The notes beneath the pieces are model-generated. The model did no database searches. It worked only from the letters and a program-made list of their open reading frames with translations, and was not told the DNA's origin. Positions 37,415-46,312 of a stretch of 64,000 nucleotides of DNA are shown here, piece by piece. Both the position numbers and the translations under genes were made by a program. Each line of letters opens with the position of its first letter. Positions within the stretch are counted from its first letter, which is position 1. Source of the DNA: a candidate division WOR-3 bacterium (GTDB lineage: Bacteria; Hydrothermota; Tepidihabitantia; Tepidihabitantales; Tepidihabitantaceae); contig CBFGKH010000007.1 in assembly GCA_965649295.1 (NCBI GenBank), forward strand, positions 56,794 through 120,793. The letters are read 5' to 3'.

Positions 37415-38650
37415 TTGCAGGAGACATTCTCCTTGGCCGCAATCTGGCTTGCCCTCGCTGTCGGGGCAACAATCATCGCCAATCATCTACGGGTCTCGAT
37501 TGCCCTGGTCGAAATCTGTGTCGGCGTAGTCGCTGGTGCTGTTGCCACTCGATTCTTTGGTCCGGATGCGCTTGGTGCAAATGCCGGCTGGTTACGGTTT
37601 CTCGCCGCGGCTGGTTCGGTACTGCTGACCTTTCTGGCTGGGGCTGAGCTCGAACCAGCGGTGCTGCGGCGCAAACTCGGTGAGGTGAGCGCAATTGGTC
37701 TGGTCGGGTTCTTTGCGCCGTTTCTGGGCTGCACAGCGGTCGCCCGATTCCTGCTTCACTGGGATATGCGGGCGAGTCTGCTTGCCGGGGTGGCGCTTTC
37801 GACCACCTCGATGGCCGTGGTCTATGCCGTGATGCTGGAGACCGGATTCAACAAAACTGAGTTCGGCAAGGGCATACTTGGCGCCTGCTTTGTCAACGAC
37901 CTCGGTACTGTGCTGGCACTTGGGTTCATCTTCGCGCCATTCACCTACAAGACCGGTGTCTTTGCCTTGGTCACGGCGGTGGTGTTGATTGCGCTACCGT
38001 TTCTGACGCGTGGGCTCGCTAGCCGTTACGCGTATCGGACAGCTGCGATTCGCACCAAATGGGTCATGCTTGTTATCTTTGCGCTCGGCGCGCTCGCGCT
38101 CTGGTCAGAAAGCGAGGCGGTGCTGCCCGCCTACCTCATTGGAATGGTGCTGGCAGGCACGGCAGCGATGGACCACGACTTCGTGCGGCGCCTGCGCACC
38201 CTGACGGTTGGGTTCCTGACGCCATTCTACTTCATCCGCGCTGGTTCGCTTGTATCGGTGCCGGCGCTCATCAGCGGGCCGCTGGCCTTTCTCGCCCTGC
38301 TTGGCGGCAAGGTTGTGACCAAGGTACTTGGCCTGTTTCCGGTCATTGCTCGGTTCCGCAAGGAGCGGAATGAGCGCTGGTACTATACGCTGATGATGTC
38401 CACCGGCTTGACTTTCGGGACGATTGCCGCGCTCTACGGCTACTCGCATGGCATCGTCAGCGGCGCACAGTATTCCTTTCTTGTTGCCACCGTGATTGCC
38501 AGCGCGGTCGTGCCAACAGTGATTGCCACGTTAGCATTCCTGCCGCGTCACCTGCTGCCGGATGTTGACACGCTTGGGCTGCCCGTAGAGGCGCGCGGTG
38601 ACGTACGGCTGATTCCGGACGCCGAGGAAGAAGAACCAGCGGAGAGCTAG
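37415..38650 (+). CDS. Cation:proton antiporter (CPA2 / Na_H_Exchanger family)
   Basis: ~12 TM, FLAGAELE, LSTTSMAVV, CFVNDLG; TTG start with GGAGGA SD. Confidence 0.9.
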   Translation: MQETFSLAAIWLALAVGATIIANHLRVSIALVEICVGVVAGAVATRFFGPDALGANAGWLRFLAAAGSVLLTFLAGAELEPAVLRRKLGEVSAIGLVGFFAPFLGCTAVARFLLHWDMRASLLAGVALSTTSMAVVYAVMLETGFNKTEFGKGILGACFVNDLGTVLALGFIFAPFTYKTGVFALVTAVVLIALPFLTRGLASRYAYRTAAIRTKWVMLVIFALGALALWSESEAVLPAYLIGMVLAGTAAMDHDFVRRLRTLTVGFLTPFYFIRAGSLVSVPALISGPLAFLALLGGKVVTKVLGLFPVIARFRKERNERWYYTLMMSTGLTFGTIAALYGYSHGIVSGAQYSFLVATVIASAVVPTVIATLAFLPRHLLPDVDTLGLPVEARGDVRLIPDAEEEEPAES

Positions 38651-38665
38651 CATGGCCAACCAGCG

Positions 38666-38890
38666 GTGGGAGCAGAGACGGTGCTTGGACCGCTGATTAT
38701 AGTCACTGGCGCGTTCAGTCTGCTCGGCGGCAGTACGGCGTTCGCGATTATCTATCTGGAGTACCAACGGCACCAGCTTGGTCAGCGACGGGTGTTGGCT
38801 GAGTCGTTGCAGGCTGGCATTCTCGCTTTCGTCGTCCTTATGGTAATGGGACTTGCCGCAGGCCTGCTCGTTGGTCGCATCAGCAAATGA
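38666..38890 (+). CDS. Small two-TM hypothetical membrane protein
   Basis: Two hydrophobic helices; ATGA coupling to the next gene. Confidence 0.65.
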   Translation: MGAETVLGPLIIVTGAFSLLGGSTAFAIIYLEYQRHQLGQRRVLAESLQAGILAFVVLMVMGLAAGLLVGRISK

Positions 38891-39555
38891 GCGAGCACGA
38901 CATCCGGCCGAGTGCCAGCTACCATGAGCTGATTGATGCGCTGAGGTTTGGCTGTCCGGTCTGCGTCGTCGTCGGTCGGCGCATTCAGCGCTGGATTGAC
39001 ACCCTGCTCTATGAGCACGTCAATGACGGCCCAATCCGGGTCCGATTGCGGCGCTCACTTGGATTCTGTAACCGGCACGCGTGGCTCGTGAGGGCGGCCG
39101 GGGATGCTCTTGGCCAGGTGACCATCTACGAGGACATCCTGACGGTAGCGGCACAACAACTGCAAGGCGGCCGGCTACCACTACCGGGTAGTGAGTGCAT
39201 CTTGTGCCAGGAGGAAGCGGCAGTGCGAAGGGCGGCTATTGACGAGTTTGTCCGGCATCTGCACGATGACGAACTGCAGGCTCGCTACCGCGAGTCAACC
39301 GGGCTCTGTCTAGTGCACCTTGGCGATGCCTTGGCGCACGCCGATGACGCCGCGCTGCGAACCGAGCTTCTCCAAGTCGAGTACCAAAAGGTCGTAGGTA
39401 TCGTCGGTGACCTGGCTGAGCTCAAGCGGCGTCAGGACTGGCGCTTGGCCGGCAGGCCACCGGGCCGTGAGCGTGACGCTTGGGATCGAGCAATCGAGAA
39501 ACTACGCGGTCGGCCGGGCACAAGCAGCGGAAACGAAGGCGTAGCTAGCAGATGA
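38887..39555 (+). CDS. DUF6062-like Cys/His zinc-binding protein
   Basis: Duplicated CPVC...GFCNRH and CILC...GLCLVH motifs; C-terminal AWDRAIEKLRG. Confidence 0.75.
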   Translation: MSEHDIRPSASYHELIDALRFGCPVCVVVGRRIQRWIDTLLYEHVNDGPIRVRLRRSLGFCNRHAWLVRAAGDALGQVTIYEDILTVAAQQLQGGRLPLPGSECILCQEEAAVRRAAIDEFVRHLHDDELQARYRESTGLCLVHLGDALAHADDAALRTELLQVEYQKVVGIVGDLAELKRRQDWRLAGRPPGRERDAWDRAIEKLRGRPGTSSGNEGVASR

Positions 39556-40148
39556 CAATGGCAGGAGACGACCGAGTTATTGGTCGGTGCCGAATCTGCA
39601 ACGAGCCAATGAAAGCCGGACAGGTCTTCTGTTTCGCCTGTGGCGCACGACCGAATGAGCGCGCACCGCATCCCGGGTTTCGATTCGGTCTCGGCACCTT
39701 CGCCGTACTCGCAGTTGCCTGGTTACTGCTGGCTGGGCTGGTGGTTGTTCCGATTGTCTCAGGCCAGTCCTGGCGGACAGTGCTGGGGCGACCGGCGACT
39801 GCCGCAAGTGACGATGCTGACGAGGTCAGAGCTGCCGCCAATCTGACTGCCCAATATCAGCGCCGGGTGAATCTGCTGCTGCGCGAGGTCGCCCACATTA
39901 GGCATGGCGGCGGCCGTCGTGCGTCGGTCGACTCGCTGGCCGCGATACTCGACTGGGCCCGGGTTCAGCTCCAAGCAACCCGACAGATGGCCGGCGTCTT
40001 TGCCGTCGTCACTGACTCCGAAGCCCAGAGCGACGTACAGCGGTTTCTCGACGACCGGCTCCACAAGATACAGTCGCGGCTCGATCAAGTTTCGCCTGGC
40101 AGCCGCTACCAGCCTGCGGCCGCCCGCGCTGGAACCGCGCTGCCCTGA
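39552..40148 (+). CDS. Zinc-ribbon + TM + helical domain protein
   Basis: CRIC...FCFACG, one TM, helical C-terminus. Confidence 0.7.
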   Translation: MTMAGDDRVIGRCRICNEPMKAGQVFCFACGARPNERAPHPGFRFGLGTFAVLAVAWLLLAGLVVVPIVSGQSWRTVLGRPATAASDDADEVRAAANLTAQYQRRVNLLLREVAHIRHGGGRRASVDSLAAILDWARVQLQATRQMAGVFAVVTDSEAQSDVQRFLDDRLHKIQSRLDQVSPGSRYQPAAARAGTALP

Positions 40149-40508
40149 CCGCGACGCGAGCCAGTCAGGGCAGGCTGTTCTCAGCCGTGTGCCGTGCCGC
40201 TGACAGTCGGGACAAGCTGCCAAGCTTCTGTCGCGCGGGCAAACGCGGCCAGGGTCGAGTCCTTATTGCCGCCGCGGCGACCGTGAAGGCCATGGACAGC
40301 GAAGAATCAGTTAGCCGGTCGGTCGAACCAGAGAAACATGGTCGGCGCTACTGCGTCGCGTCTAGCCCGGCAAGTGGAGTTGGTTCAGCGGGAGCGAAGC
40401 TGGCGAACTGAGGCGTGGTCTTGTTTAAACACATCTGTGGCCAGGGATAGCCGTCGGGGCTTGACAGCATTATGTCAGCATCTATGATTGGCCACAAAGG
40501 AGGACTGT

Positions 40509-40820
40509 GTGTATTGTAAGAACTGTGGTGCGGAGATTAGCGACAACGCCGACGTCTGTGTCAAGTGCGGCGTGGCCGTGACGAAGCCAATTGAGAAGCC
40601 CGAGAAGCTGCCCGGCCAGAAGGATTGGCTGACAGCGCTGCTACTTTCGATATTCCTCGGACAGTTGGGCGTGGACCGGTTCTATCTGGGCTATGTCGGG
40701 CTGGGAATCATCAAGTTACTGACCGCGGGCGGGTGTGGTATCTGGTGGTTGATTGATGTCATCATTATTGCCGGCAACAACCTGAAGGACGCCCAGGGCA
40801 GACCTTTGTACAAGAGCTAG
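40509..40820 (+). CDS. Zinc-ribbon TM2-domain protein
   Basis: (M)YCKNCG...CVKCG; ALLLSIFLGQLGVDRFYLGY...GGCGIWWLID; AAGGAGGA SD; promoter TTGACA-16-TATGAT at 40461-40488. Confidence 0.92.
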   Translation: MYCKNCGAEISDNADVCVKCGVAVTKPIEKPEKLPGQKDWLTALLLSIFLGQLGVDRFYLGYVGLGIIKLLTAGGCGIWWLIDVIIIAGNNLKDAQGRPLYKS

Positions 40821-40833
40821 CAGAGAGCAGGTC

Positions 40834-41226
40834 GTGCAGCGACAGCAGCTTGTGACTGCGGCTTTGCTTTCGGCCGCAGTTGTTCTGCTGATAGTGATTC
40901 CGCCGTCATTCTTCGAGCGGCTTCCTTCGGTCTGTCTCCACCAATGGTTGTTTCGACTGGTCGGATTACGGGGGGCAGCTTGCTGCCCGGGCTGCGGTAG
41001 CGTGCGGGCGTTATCGCACCTGTTTCACGGTCAGATTGCCCAGGCAGTCAGGTACAACGTCAACTGCCTGTTGATTGCGCCGCTCGTCATCGGTCTCATT
41101 GCCCTCAATTTTGGTCGCTGGCTGCACGGCCGGATAACAAGTCAGAGCCGGATTACGGCACTCCGTGCTGGCGACTTGCCGGGTCGCATCGTCGAGCCGG
41201 ATTGTGAGTCTTCGCGTATCATGTAA
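40834..41226 (+). CDS. DUF2752-domain membrane protein
   Basis: CLHQ...CPGCGSVRALSHLFHG.IA.A..YN; usual partner of TM2 genes. Confidence 0.85.
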   Translation: MQRQQLVTAALLSAAVVLLIVIPPSFFERLPSVCLHQWLFRLVGLRGAACCPGCGSVRALSHLFHGQIAQAVRYNVNCLLIAPLVIGLIALNFGRWLHGRITSQSRITALRAGDLPGRIVEPDCESSRIM

Positions 41227-41725
41227 CTACCTTTCCGTCCGAACCCAGCCGGACCGTTCTCCATTCGTAGTTTCCGTGCTTGAGGACACGGCGAATCGAA
41301 TCCTGAATCCGCTCGCGCCGCTTATCGCGCGCTGGGCCGTCAAGAAGCACGAGCCTTCGGACCGACTCGCGTAGCGTCATACCGTCGAATACCACGAAGT
41401 CAACTGGGTCGAACATCGGCTTTAGGTCCTGTGGATAATAGCCGAGTCTGCTGATTGTGGGAACGCGCTTCTTGAGCATCGCCGGCAGTCGCCGTCGGCC
41501 CATCTCCTGCGCGCGTCGGCGCAGTTCTGCCTTTTGTTCCTCAAACCGCTCTTCGGCAAGGTCCATGCGCCGCTTTCTGTCTCGGAGTTCATCAAGCCAC
41601 GTGCGTTTGGGCTTTGCTCGATACGATAGTTTCATCTCGCTGAGACGGTGGATTCCGCCACAACGCGGGCAGACGACTAGTATGCGCTGGAAGTCTTGGA
41701 ATGCAGCCAGAATCGGAGTTCTCAT
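41219..41725 (-). CDS. Holliday junction resolvase-like (Endonuc_Holl) paralogue, probably catalytically inactive
   Basis: DLKPMFDPVDFVVFDG retained but (D/E)xK replaced by LLDGP; ATGA coupling. Confidence 0.75.
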   Translation of the reverse strand: MRTPILAAFQDFQRILVVCPRCGGIHRLSEMKLSYRAKPKRTWLDELRDRKRRMDLAEERFEEQKAELRRRAQEMGRRRLPAMLKKRVPTISRLGYYPQDLKPMFDPVDFVVFDGMTLRESVRRLVLLDGPARDKRRERIQDSIRRVLKHGNYEWRTVRLGSDGKVVT

Positions 41726-42219
41726 AGCTTCCCTCGGTAAGTGGCCCAATTGACCTTCCCGCGTTCAACCGCGTCTCTTATCTGCTTCTGAGTTGGGGTG
41801 AGTTGTGCACCGCCAGTCTTCACATCGAAGAAGAGGATTGAGTCAACTCTGCCGTTAGCAGCGGCAAGACCGTTGAACGCAACGTAGTCAATCGGCTCAA
41901 AGAGCGGCCTGAGGTCGCGGCAGTCCATGTCGAACCCGCTCATCGCGGGGGCTACCTTTTCAAGTATCTTGCCGATGTTGATTGAGACCGTGGCCGTTTG
42001 AGAACGTTCCTTGAGCTTGCGCCGTGCTTCGCGCAGGTTCTTTCTCCTCTCTTCCAGGCTGGCTTCCCATTCGTCCAGCACCGCTTTGGCTTCTGCGGGG
42101 ACCGGGTCGCCAATGTAGAACATCACGGCGTCCGCGAGGGAGAACATCTCCCCGCTGTCCGGGCACTCTGCCAGTATTCGGCGGTCGGCCTGCAGCTCGG
42201 CGATAGTATTCTGTTTCAT
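41722..42219 (-). CDS. Holliday junction resolvase-like PD-(D/E)xK endonuclease (Endonuc_Holl)
   Basis: GKILEKVAP, DLRPLFEPIDYVAFNG, FFDVKTGGAQLT.TQKQIRDAV..GKV.W. Confidence 0.85.
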   Translation of the reverse strand: MKQNTIAELQADRRILAECPDSGEMFSLADAVMFYIGDPVPAEAKAVLDEWEASLEERRKNLREARRKLKERSQTATVSINIGKILEKVAPAMSGFDMDCRDLRPLFEPIDYVAFNGLAAANGRVDSILFFDVKTGGAQLTPTQKQIRDAVERGKVNWATYRGKL

Positions 42220-42419
42220 TCGTTTCTCCAGTTTCTCCCAGTCTCGTCCAAGCGGGACAAAAGCGCGGAGCTGTCGCCCCTGTCGGGAGCATAGGAGTGC
42301 GAGTGAGCGAAGTCAAGCAACGATAACGTCTGTCATGTCATTGGAATATGTGTACTTTAACATTGGAAATAGCGGGCAGCCGGATGCGCAAGCGGTGGGA
42401 CGTGGTACGTGGCCAGCGG

Positions 42420-42786
42420 TCAGCGGGAGCCGGTCGCCGGTCTGATTCGGACGCCGTCGCGGGTGATGATTATGAGACGGCCTCGTATTCTGTCCTCGGA
42501 CAACGACTGGAAGTGACGCCGGAACGTCGCGGTTGCCTGTGCGACGGTCATCCGGTAGAGCTTGGCAACCACTATGCCGCCGCACTTTGCAGGTGGGAAT
42601 CTGAGCGAGCGCGTGAAGTCCTTGTCCATTGTGACGATAACCAGTTGCTCCCTGACCGCCCGTTCGAAGACCGCTTCGTCGGGTGCACCGGCCAGTTCAG
42701 TATGTTTAGTGTCGAAGACTGAGTGGCCGGCAGCGCAGATACTCTACGATCGGGTCGTAGAGATTCTCATTCGCCAGTATCCTCAC
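42420..42786 (-). pseudogene. DUF5615-family PIN-like toxin, frameshifted
   Basis: GTG frame MRILANENLYDPIVEYLR stops early; a second frame gives AGHSVFD...GAPDEAVFERAVREQLVIVTMDKDF; frameshift near 42733. Confidence 0.85.
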
Positions 42787-43007
42787 ATCGTGACGCCGGC
42801 TTCTTCTTCGGCCAGCATTGCCGCATAGCCGATACAGGCTTGGATGTCGTTATCGGTGAGGTCAGGATAAGCCCTTCTGATGCCGTCGTATGTCTCGCCG
42901 GCCGCTAGCAGGTCGAGGATGATATGGACAGGAATCCGGGTCCCTCTAATACAGGGCTTGCCGCTGCAGATCCGCGCGTCAGAGGAAATTCTGTCTTGCC
43001 AGAGCAT
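42783..43007 (-). CDS. DUF433-domain antitoxin-like protein
   Basis: RICSGKPCIRGTRIPV..ILDLLAAG...YPDLT...I.ACI.YA; leaderless promoter TCGACT-16-TAGACT-5 nt-ATG. Confidence 0.92.
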   Translation of the reverse strand: MLWQDRISSDARICSGKPCIRGTRIPVHIILDLLAAGETYDGIRRAYPDLTDNDIQACIGYAAMLAEEEAGVTM

Positions 43008-43089
43008 GATCTAGTCTATGTCGAGCACATAGGCAGTCGAGGGCGAAGAGTGCGTGCGCGGATGTCAGCCGTCAGAATGTGTCCGTGCG

Positions 43090-43182
43090 TCAAACAGGGA
43101 AACGCGGAGCGAAGCAGCCGCTGGTCTTGCGGTAGATGCGGACGAGGAGGAGCATCACCGGGACTGGGATGAGCACGCCGAC
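43090..43182 (-). pseudogene. acr3: 3' remnant of acr3 arsenite efflux gene
   Basis: Translates VGVLIPVPVMLLLVRIYRKTSGCF...*, matching the Acr3 last helix consensus VGVLIEVPVML.LV. Confidence 0.75.
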
Positions 43183-43222
43183 TGGTCACTTACTCGCTTT
43201 AGCGCAAGCGATTACGCAAATC

Positions 43223-43250
43223 TTGACATGAGACCGGCGGTACACATAAT
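43223..43250 (+). promoter_or_regulatory. Promoter at the left edge of the inserted cassette
   Basis: TTGACA-16 bp-CATAAT. Confidence 0.65.
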
Positions 43251-43451
43251 TAGCTCGTTTTGACTGGCCTGGAAGGGTAGGCCGTGATGCGCTGCAAGCG
43301 GATGCTGCAATGGCATCCATGTTCGAATCGTTGGTCCCTGACGACAAACTGAGTCCGTAAAGGCTGTGTCGGTTCTGCTAGTGGGCAGATGGGCAGCGCC
43401 GGCGCACCGAAGGGGTTATGGCGTTGCTCGTGATGGGAGGATCAAATCAGC

Positions 43452-44228
43452 ATGATGGCGCGGCTTAGTCTTGTCCTGGCTGCAGCCTTGTCAATAGCTG
43501 TGGCTGATGTGGTGATAACGAAGAATGATGCCTTCCGGGGCGAGATTGTGTCGGTGGATGCTATTGCCACTGATACCTTTGTTGTACGGTTGAAAATAGC
43601 CACGGGCGGCATCCGCGTAATTCCGGTGGCAGACATAATCGAGGTGAGAACACCTGACCAGAGTAAGGCTGACTGGATTAGTGGAACCGTACCTAGTATG
43701 AAGGTTGTCGTGGGTGAAGACGGCGAAGTGCCACCCCTGACAATTCTGCCGACGCAGCCCGATTCCAATTCGTTGGCGAAGGATGACCCGATTCGAGCAG
43801 GAGCATGGTTGCTGGGTGGCGGCGCCAGCCTTTCAGTGCAGTCGGTGGCCAATGTAACCAGCACGACATTGTCTATCACACCAGGCATTAGTTACTTTGT
43901 TGCCCGTGGGATTGGGCTTGGTGGCGAGCTGAACGTCGCATCCACGGCTGTGGGCGGGAATTCAAATTCCACCACGTTTCTCGGGCTCAAGGCAACCGGT
44001 GCATTCGGCCCGAAGGACAGTAGGTTGTTCATGCTTGCCGAGTTCGGGCTTGGCACGGTTGGTAGTGGCGGTTCGACGACCAGAACTACTCTGGGCATAG
44101 GCGTCCTGCCGGTGGCAGCCAGCCATCTGGGCGTTCCTCTCAAACTTGCGCTTCATCTTGACCGCACCGGCGGGGCGACACTCTCAACCTGGCTGTTGTC
44201 GGTTGGCATGTGTGCGCTGGTGCATTGA
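43452..44228 (+). CDS. Secreted protein with probable C-terminal outer-membrane beta-barrel
   Basis: Signal peptide; GAWLLGGGASLS...PGISYFVARGIGLGGEL amphipathic strands; GGGAGG SD. Confidence 0.65.
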   Translation: MMARLSLVLAAALSIAVADVVITKNDAFRGEIVSVDAIATDTFVVRLKIATGGIRVIPVADIIEVRTPDQSKADWISGTVPSMKVVVGEDGEVPPLTILPTQPDSNSLAKDDPIRAGAWLLGGGASLSVQSVANVTSTTLSITPGISYFVARGIGLGGELNVASTAVGGNSNSTTFLGLKATGAFGPKDSRLFMLAEFGLGTVGSGGSTTRTTLGIGVLPVAASHLGVPLKLALHLDRTGGATLSTWLLSVGMCALVH

Positions 44229-44281
44229 CACGCGGGAGTTTAGTTAGAGAGCACTGCTAGCACAAAGAAAGGAGGTAGGCG

Positions 44282-45234
44282 ATGATCAAGCTGCGGAGAC
44301 GGGACGATTCCGGGAAGATAACCGAATGGGAGGTCACATACGGTGAGCTTGAAATGGGGTTGATGCTGAACAAGATTGATCCCCTAATTGAAGTCTGGTC
44401 AGACACGCTGACCCAGGGCCAGTGGAAACCGGTCCACGAGTTGACGCTGTACAAGGAGTTCGTTGGCGAACGTCAAGACAAGGGAGAGGGCAAGTGGACG
44501 TGCGGGGTGTGTGGCAGACAGTGCAAGGGCACCAACGACCGCTGCTGGTACTGCAACATGCCAAAAGGCAGCGGACAAACAGCAGCAGCAATAGAACAGT
44601 CTTACACGGCTCTCGGCACACTAGAGTCGGATAGTCAATATAGTGGCTATCGTAGATTCTCCGCAGGTTTGTTCGCCCTCTTGCTCCTAGTATTTGCGCT
44701 GCCATTCGTGCGTTTGACATGCGGCGGCGACGAAGTGGCGAGATTCTCAGGCTATGAGCTGGCTGTCGGGAAAACCGTAGAGACTTCGAGTACCGGTGGC
44801 CATGAACAGCGCACGGTGCGCCCCAATTTTCTTGCGATACTCGTCATTGCTACTGCGATCGCTGGTCTTTCCCTGTGCGTGATGTCAGACCGCGCAGGTG
44901 CTGTGGCTAGGACAGTGGCAAGTGGGATTGGGATACTGCTTCTGTTTGTTCTATCGAGCAGCGTCACTGATGAAATCGCCAAGGAAGGGGGGGCGTACTC
45001 AAGGTGGAATTCCTTGGAGGCTACTACCTGAGCCTGTTTCTGTTTCTAGGCGCAAGTGTTCTCAACTTTCTGTCACTGCTTCCCAAGCCCGTGGCAGATG
45101 CGACTCCGGCAACCGGTCCGCCGACGCGATCTACGTCCAGACAGGTGAATTACTGTCCGAATTGCGGTAAACCCGTTTCGTCGGGGGATACCTTCTGCTC
45201 TAATTGCGGTGACCGGGTACGAGAAGATGTCTGA
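44282..45234 (+). pseudogene. GYF-like/zinc-ribbon membrane protein, frameshifted in a G7 tract
   Basis: ORFs 44282-45031 and 45004-45234 join into one protein (..KEGGGVLKVEFLGGYYL..CPNC..CSNC) if the G run at 44987-44993 has 8 G. Confidence 0.7.
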
Positions 45235-45252
45235 ATTCAAAGGAGGTAAGCC

Positions 45253-45546
45253 ATGAACAGACTGTCGTTCGGTTTATGCGTGGGTTTCATCCTCACACTT
45301 GTGGGAATTGACTGGGTTTGGCGGGCGCTTTACGGAATCCTGGACGCTGCATTCGGGCGCAGACAGGTTCAAACGTTCAACATTGTACTCCTACTGGGAA
45401 GCGTGGTCGCTGTGTTTGCGGGTCTCTGGATGCTGGCGCGAGCGACGCAGCCCGGCAGCAGCGGTGCCGGACAATCTGTCTGCGCCTGTGGCGCAAGAGT
45501 AGCGCCCAACGCTAAGTTCTGCGCGAACTGCGGCCGACAGGTCTGA
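45253..45546 (+). CDS. Two-TM protein with C-terminal zinc ribbon
   Basis: AAGGAGG SD; CACG...FCANCG. Confidence 0.8.
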   Translation: MNRLSFGLCVGFILTLVGIDWVWRALYGILDAAFGRRQVQTFNIVLLLGSVVAVFAGLWMLARATQPGSSGAGQSVCACGARVAPNAKFCANCGRQV

Positions 45547-45571
45547 CAAACAAACACAGGGAGGTCGTGCG

Positions 45572-45646
45572 TTGCCTAGCTGTGCTAGGTGTGCGGCCTT
45601 AGTCAAGGACGGTCAGAAGTTCTGTCACCGGTGTGGCGCGGATCTG
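45572..45646 (+). pseudogene. 5' fragment of a zinc-ribbon protein, truncated at the junction with acr3
   Basis: GGAGG SD + [28 protein letters not shown] then runs directly into antisense acr3. Confidence 0.7.
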
Positions 45647-46027
45647 GCCGATGAGGCCGCGGAAGAGCACACCGAGGAAGAGCAGCGCGATGGCGTACAT
45701 CGTGAACGGCTTGACCGCCCAGTTGACAAAGAGCGTGAGCCCGACCGGCTTGGCGCTGCGGCCGGCCTTGAGCACCTCGGCGAAGTCTATCTTCACCATG
45801 ATGGGATACATCATGAAGAAGAGGCAGACGGCAATCGGGATGGAGATGACCGGCGCGCCGCCGGAATAGATAGCGAGGCCGTCCAGAGTGCGCGCGACCG
45901 AAGGCGCAAGCCGGCCGAGCAGGATGCCCGCGCCGATGCAGGCCAGCACCCAGACGGTCAGGTATTTCTCAAAGACGCTCAGGCCTTTGGGTTTCTTCTC
46001 GATACGGGCTTCAGTGACGGGGGACAC
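45644..46027 (-). pseudogene. acr3: 5' part of acr3 arsenite efflux transporter (truncated after ~128 aa)
   Basis: [41 protein letters not shown]; homology ends at ..FRGLIG. Confidence 0.9.
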
Positions 46028-46301
46028 CTGCCTGCCTCCTCAGGTGGACACTGACCGCGGCGAGCCAGCGCCGGCCGTAGTTGATAATCAGCGAGCCGAG
46101 CGCGCCGAAGATGCCGGCGACACCGATGCCGACCGGGCAGCCGGGATTGCCGCAACAGGGACAGACGCCACCGCCAATTGCAGCATAGGCGGCCGAGATA
46201 GCCGCCCAGAGCCCGAAGTAACGGAACAGGCCGGCGAGTGTCCGGGCAGCCCGGCCGCGGGGAACGACAGGCGTGGCCCGGGCAGAAGAAGGCAGAGCCA
46301 C
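46011..46301 (-). CDS. Small Cys-cluster membrane protein ([10 protein letters not shown])
   Basis: Two hydrophobic segments flanking [16 protein letters not shown]; fills the gap between the DGC gene and acr3. Confidence 0.65.
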   Translation of the reverse strand: MALPSSARATPVVPRGRAARTLAGLFRYFGLWAAISAAYAAIGGGVCPCCGNPGCPVGIGVAGIFGALGSLIINYGRRWLAAVSVHLRRQAGVPRH

Positions 46302-46312
46302 CTGTTCAGCAC

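Noticed and set aside
40150..40440. Possible decayed glycerophosphodiester phosphodiesterase (HGRRGG..STLAAFARA on the minus strand)
   Set aside because: Similarity is too short and weak to support without a search.
45572..46054. 160-aa ORF as a genuine full-length protein
   Set aside because: Only the first ~25 aa are a real zinc ribbon; the rest is antisense acr3 across a rearrangement junction.
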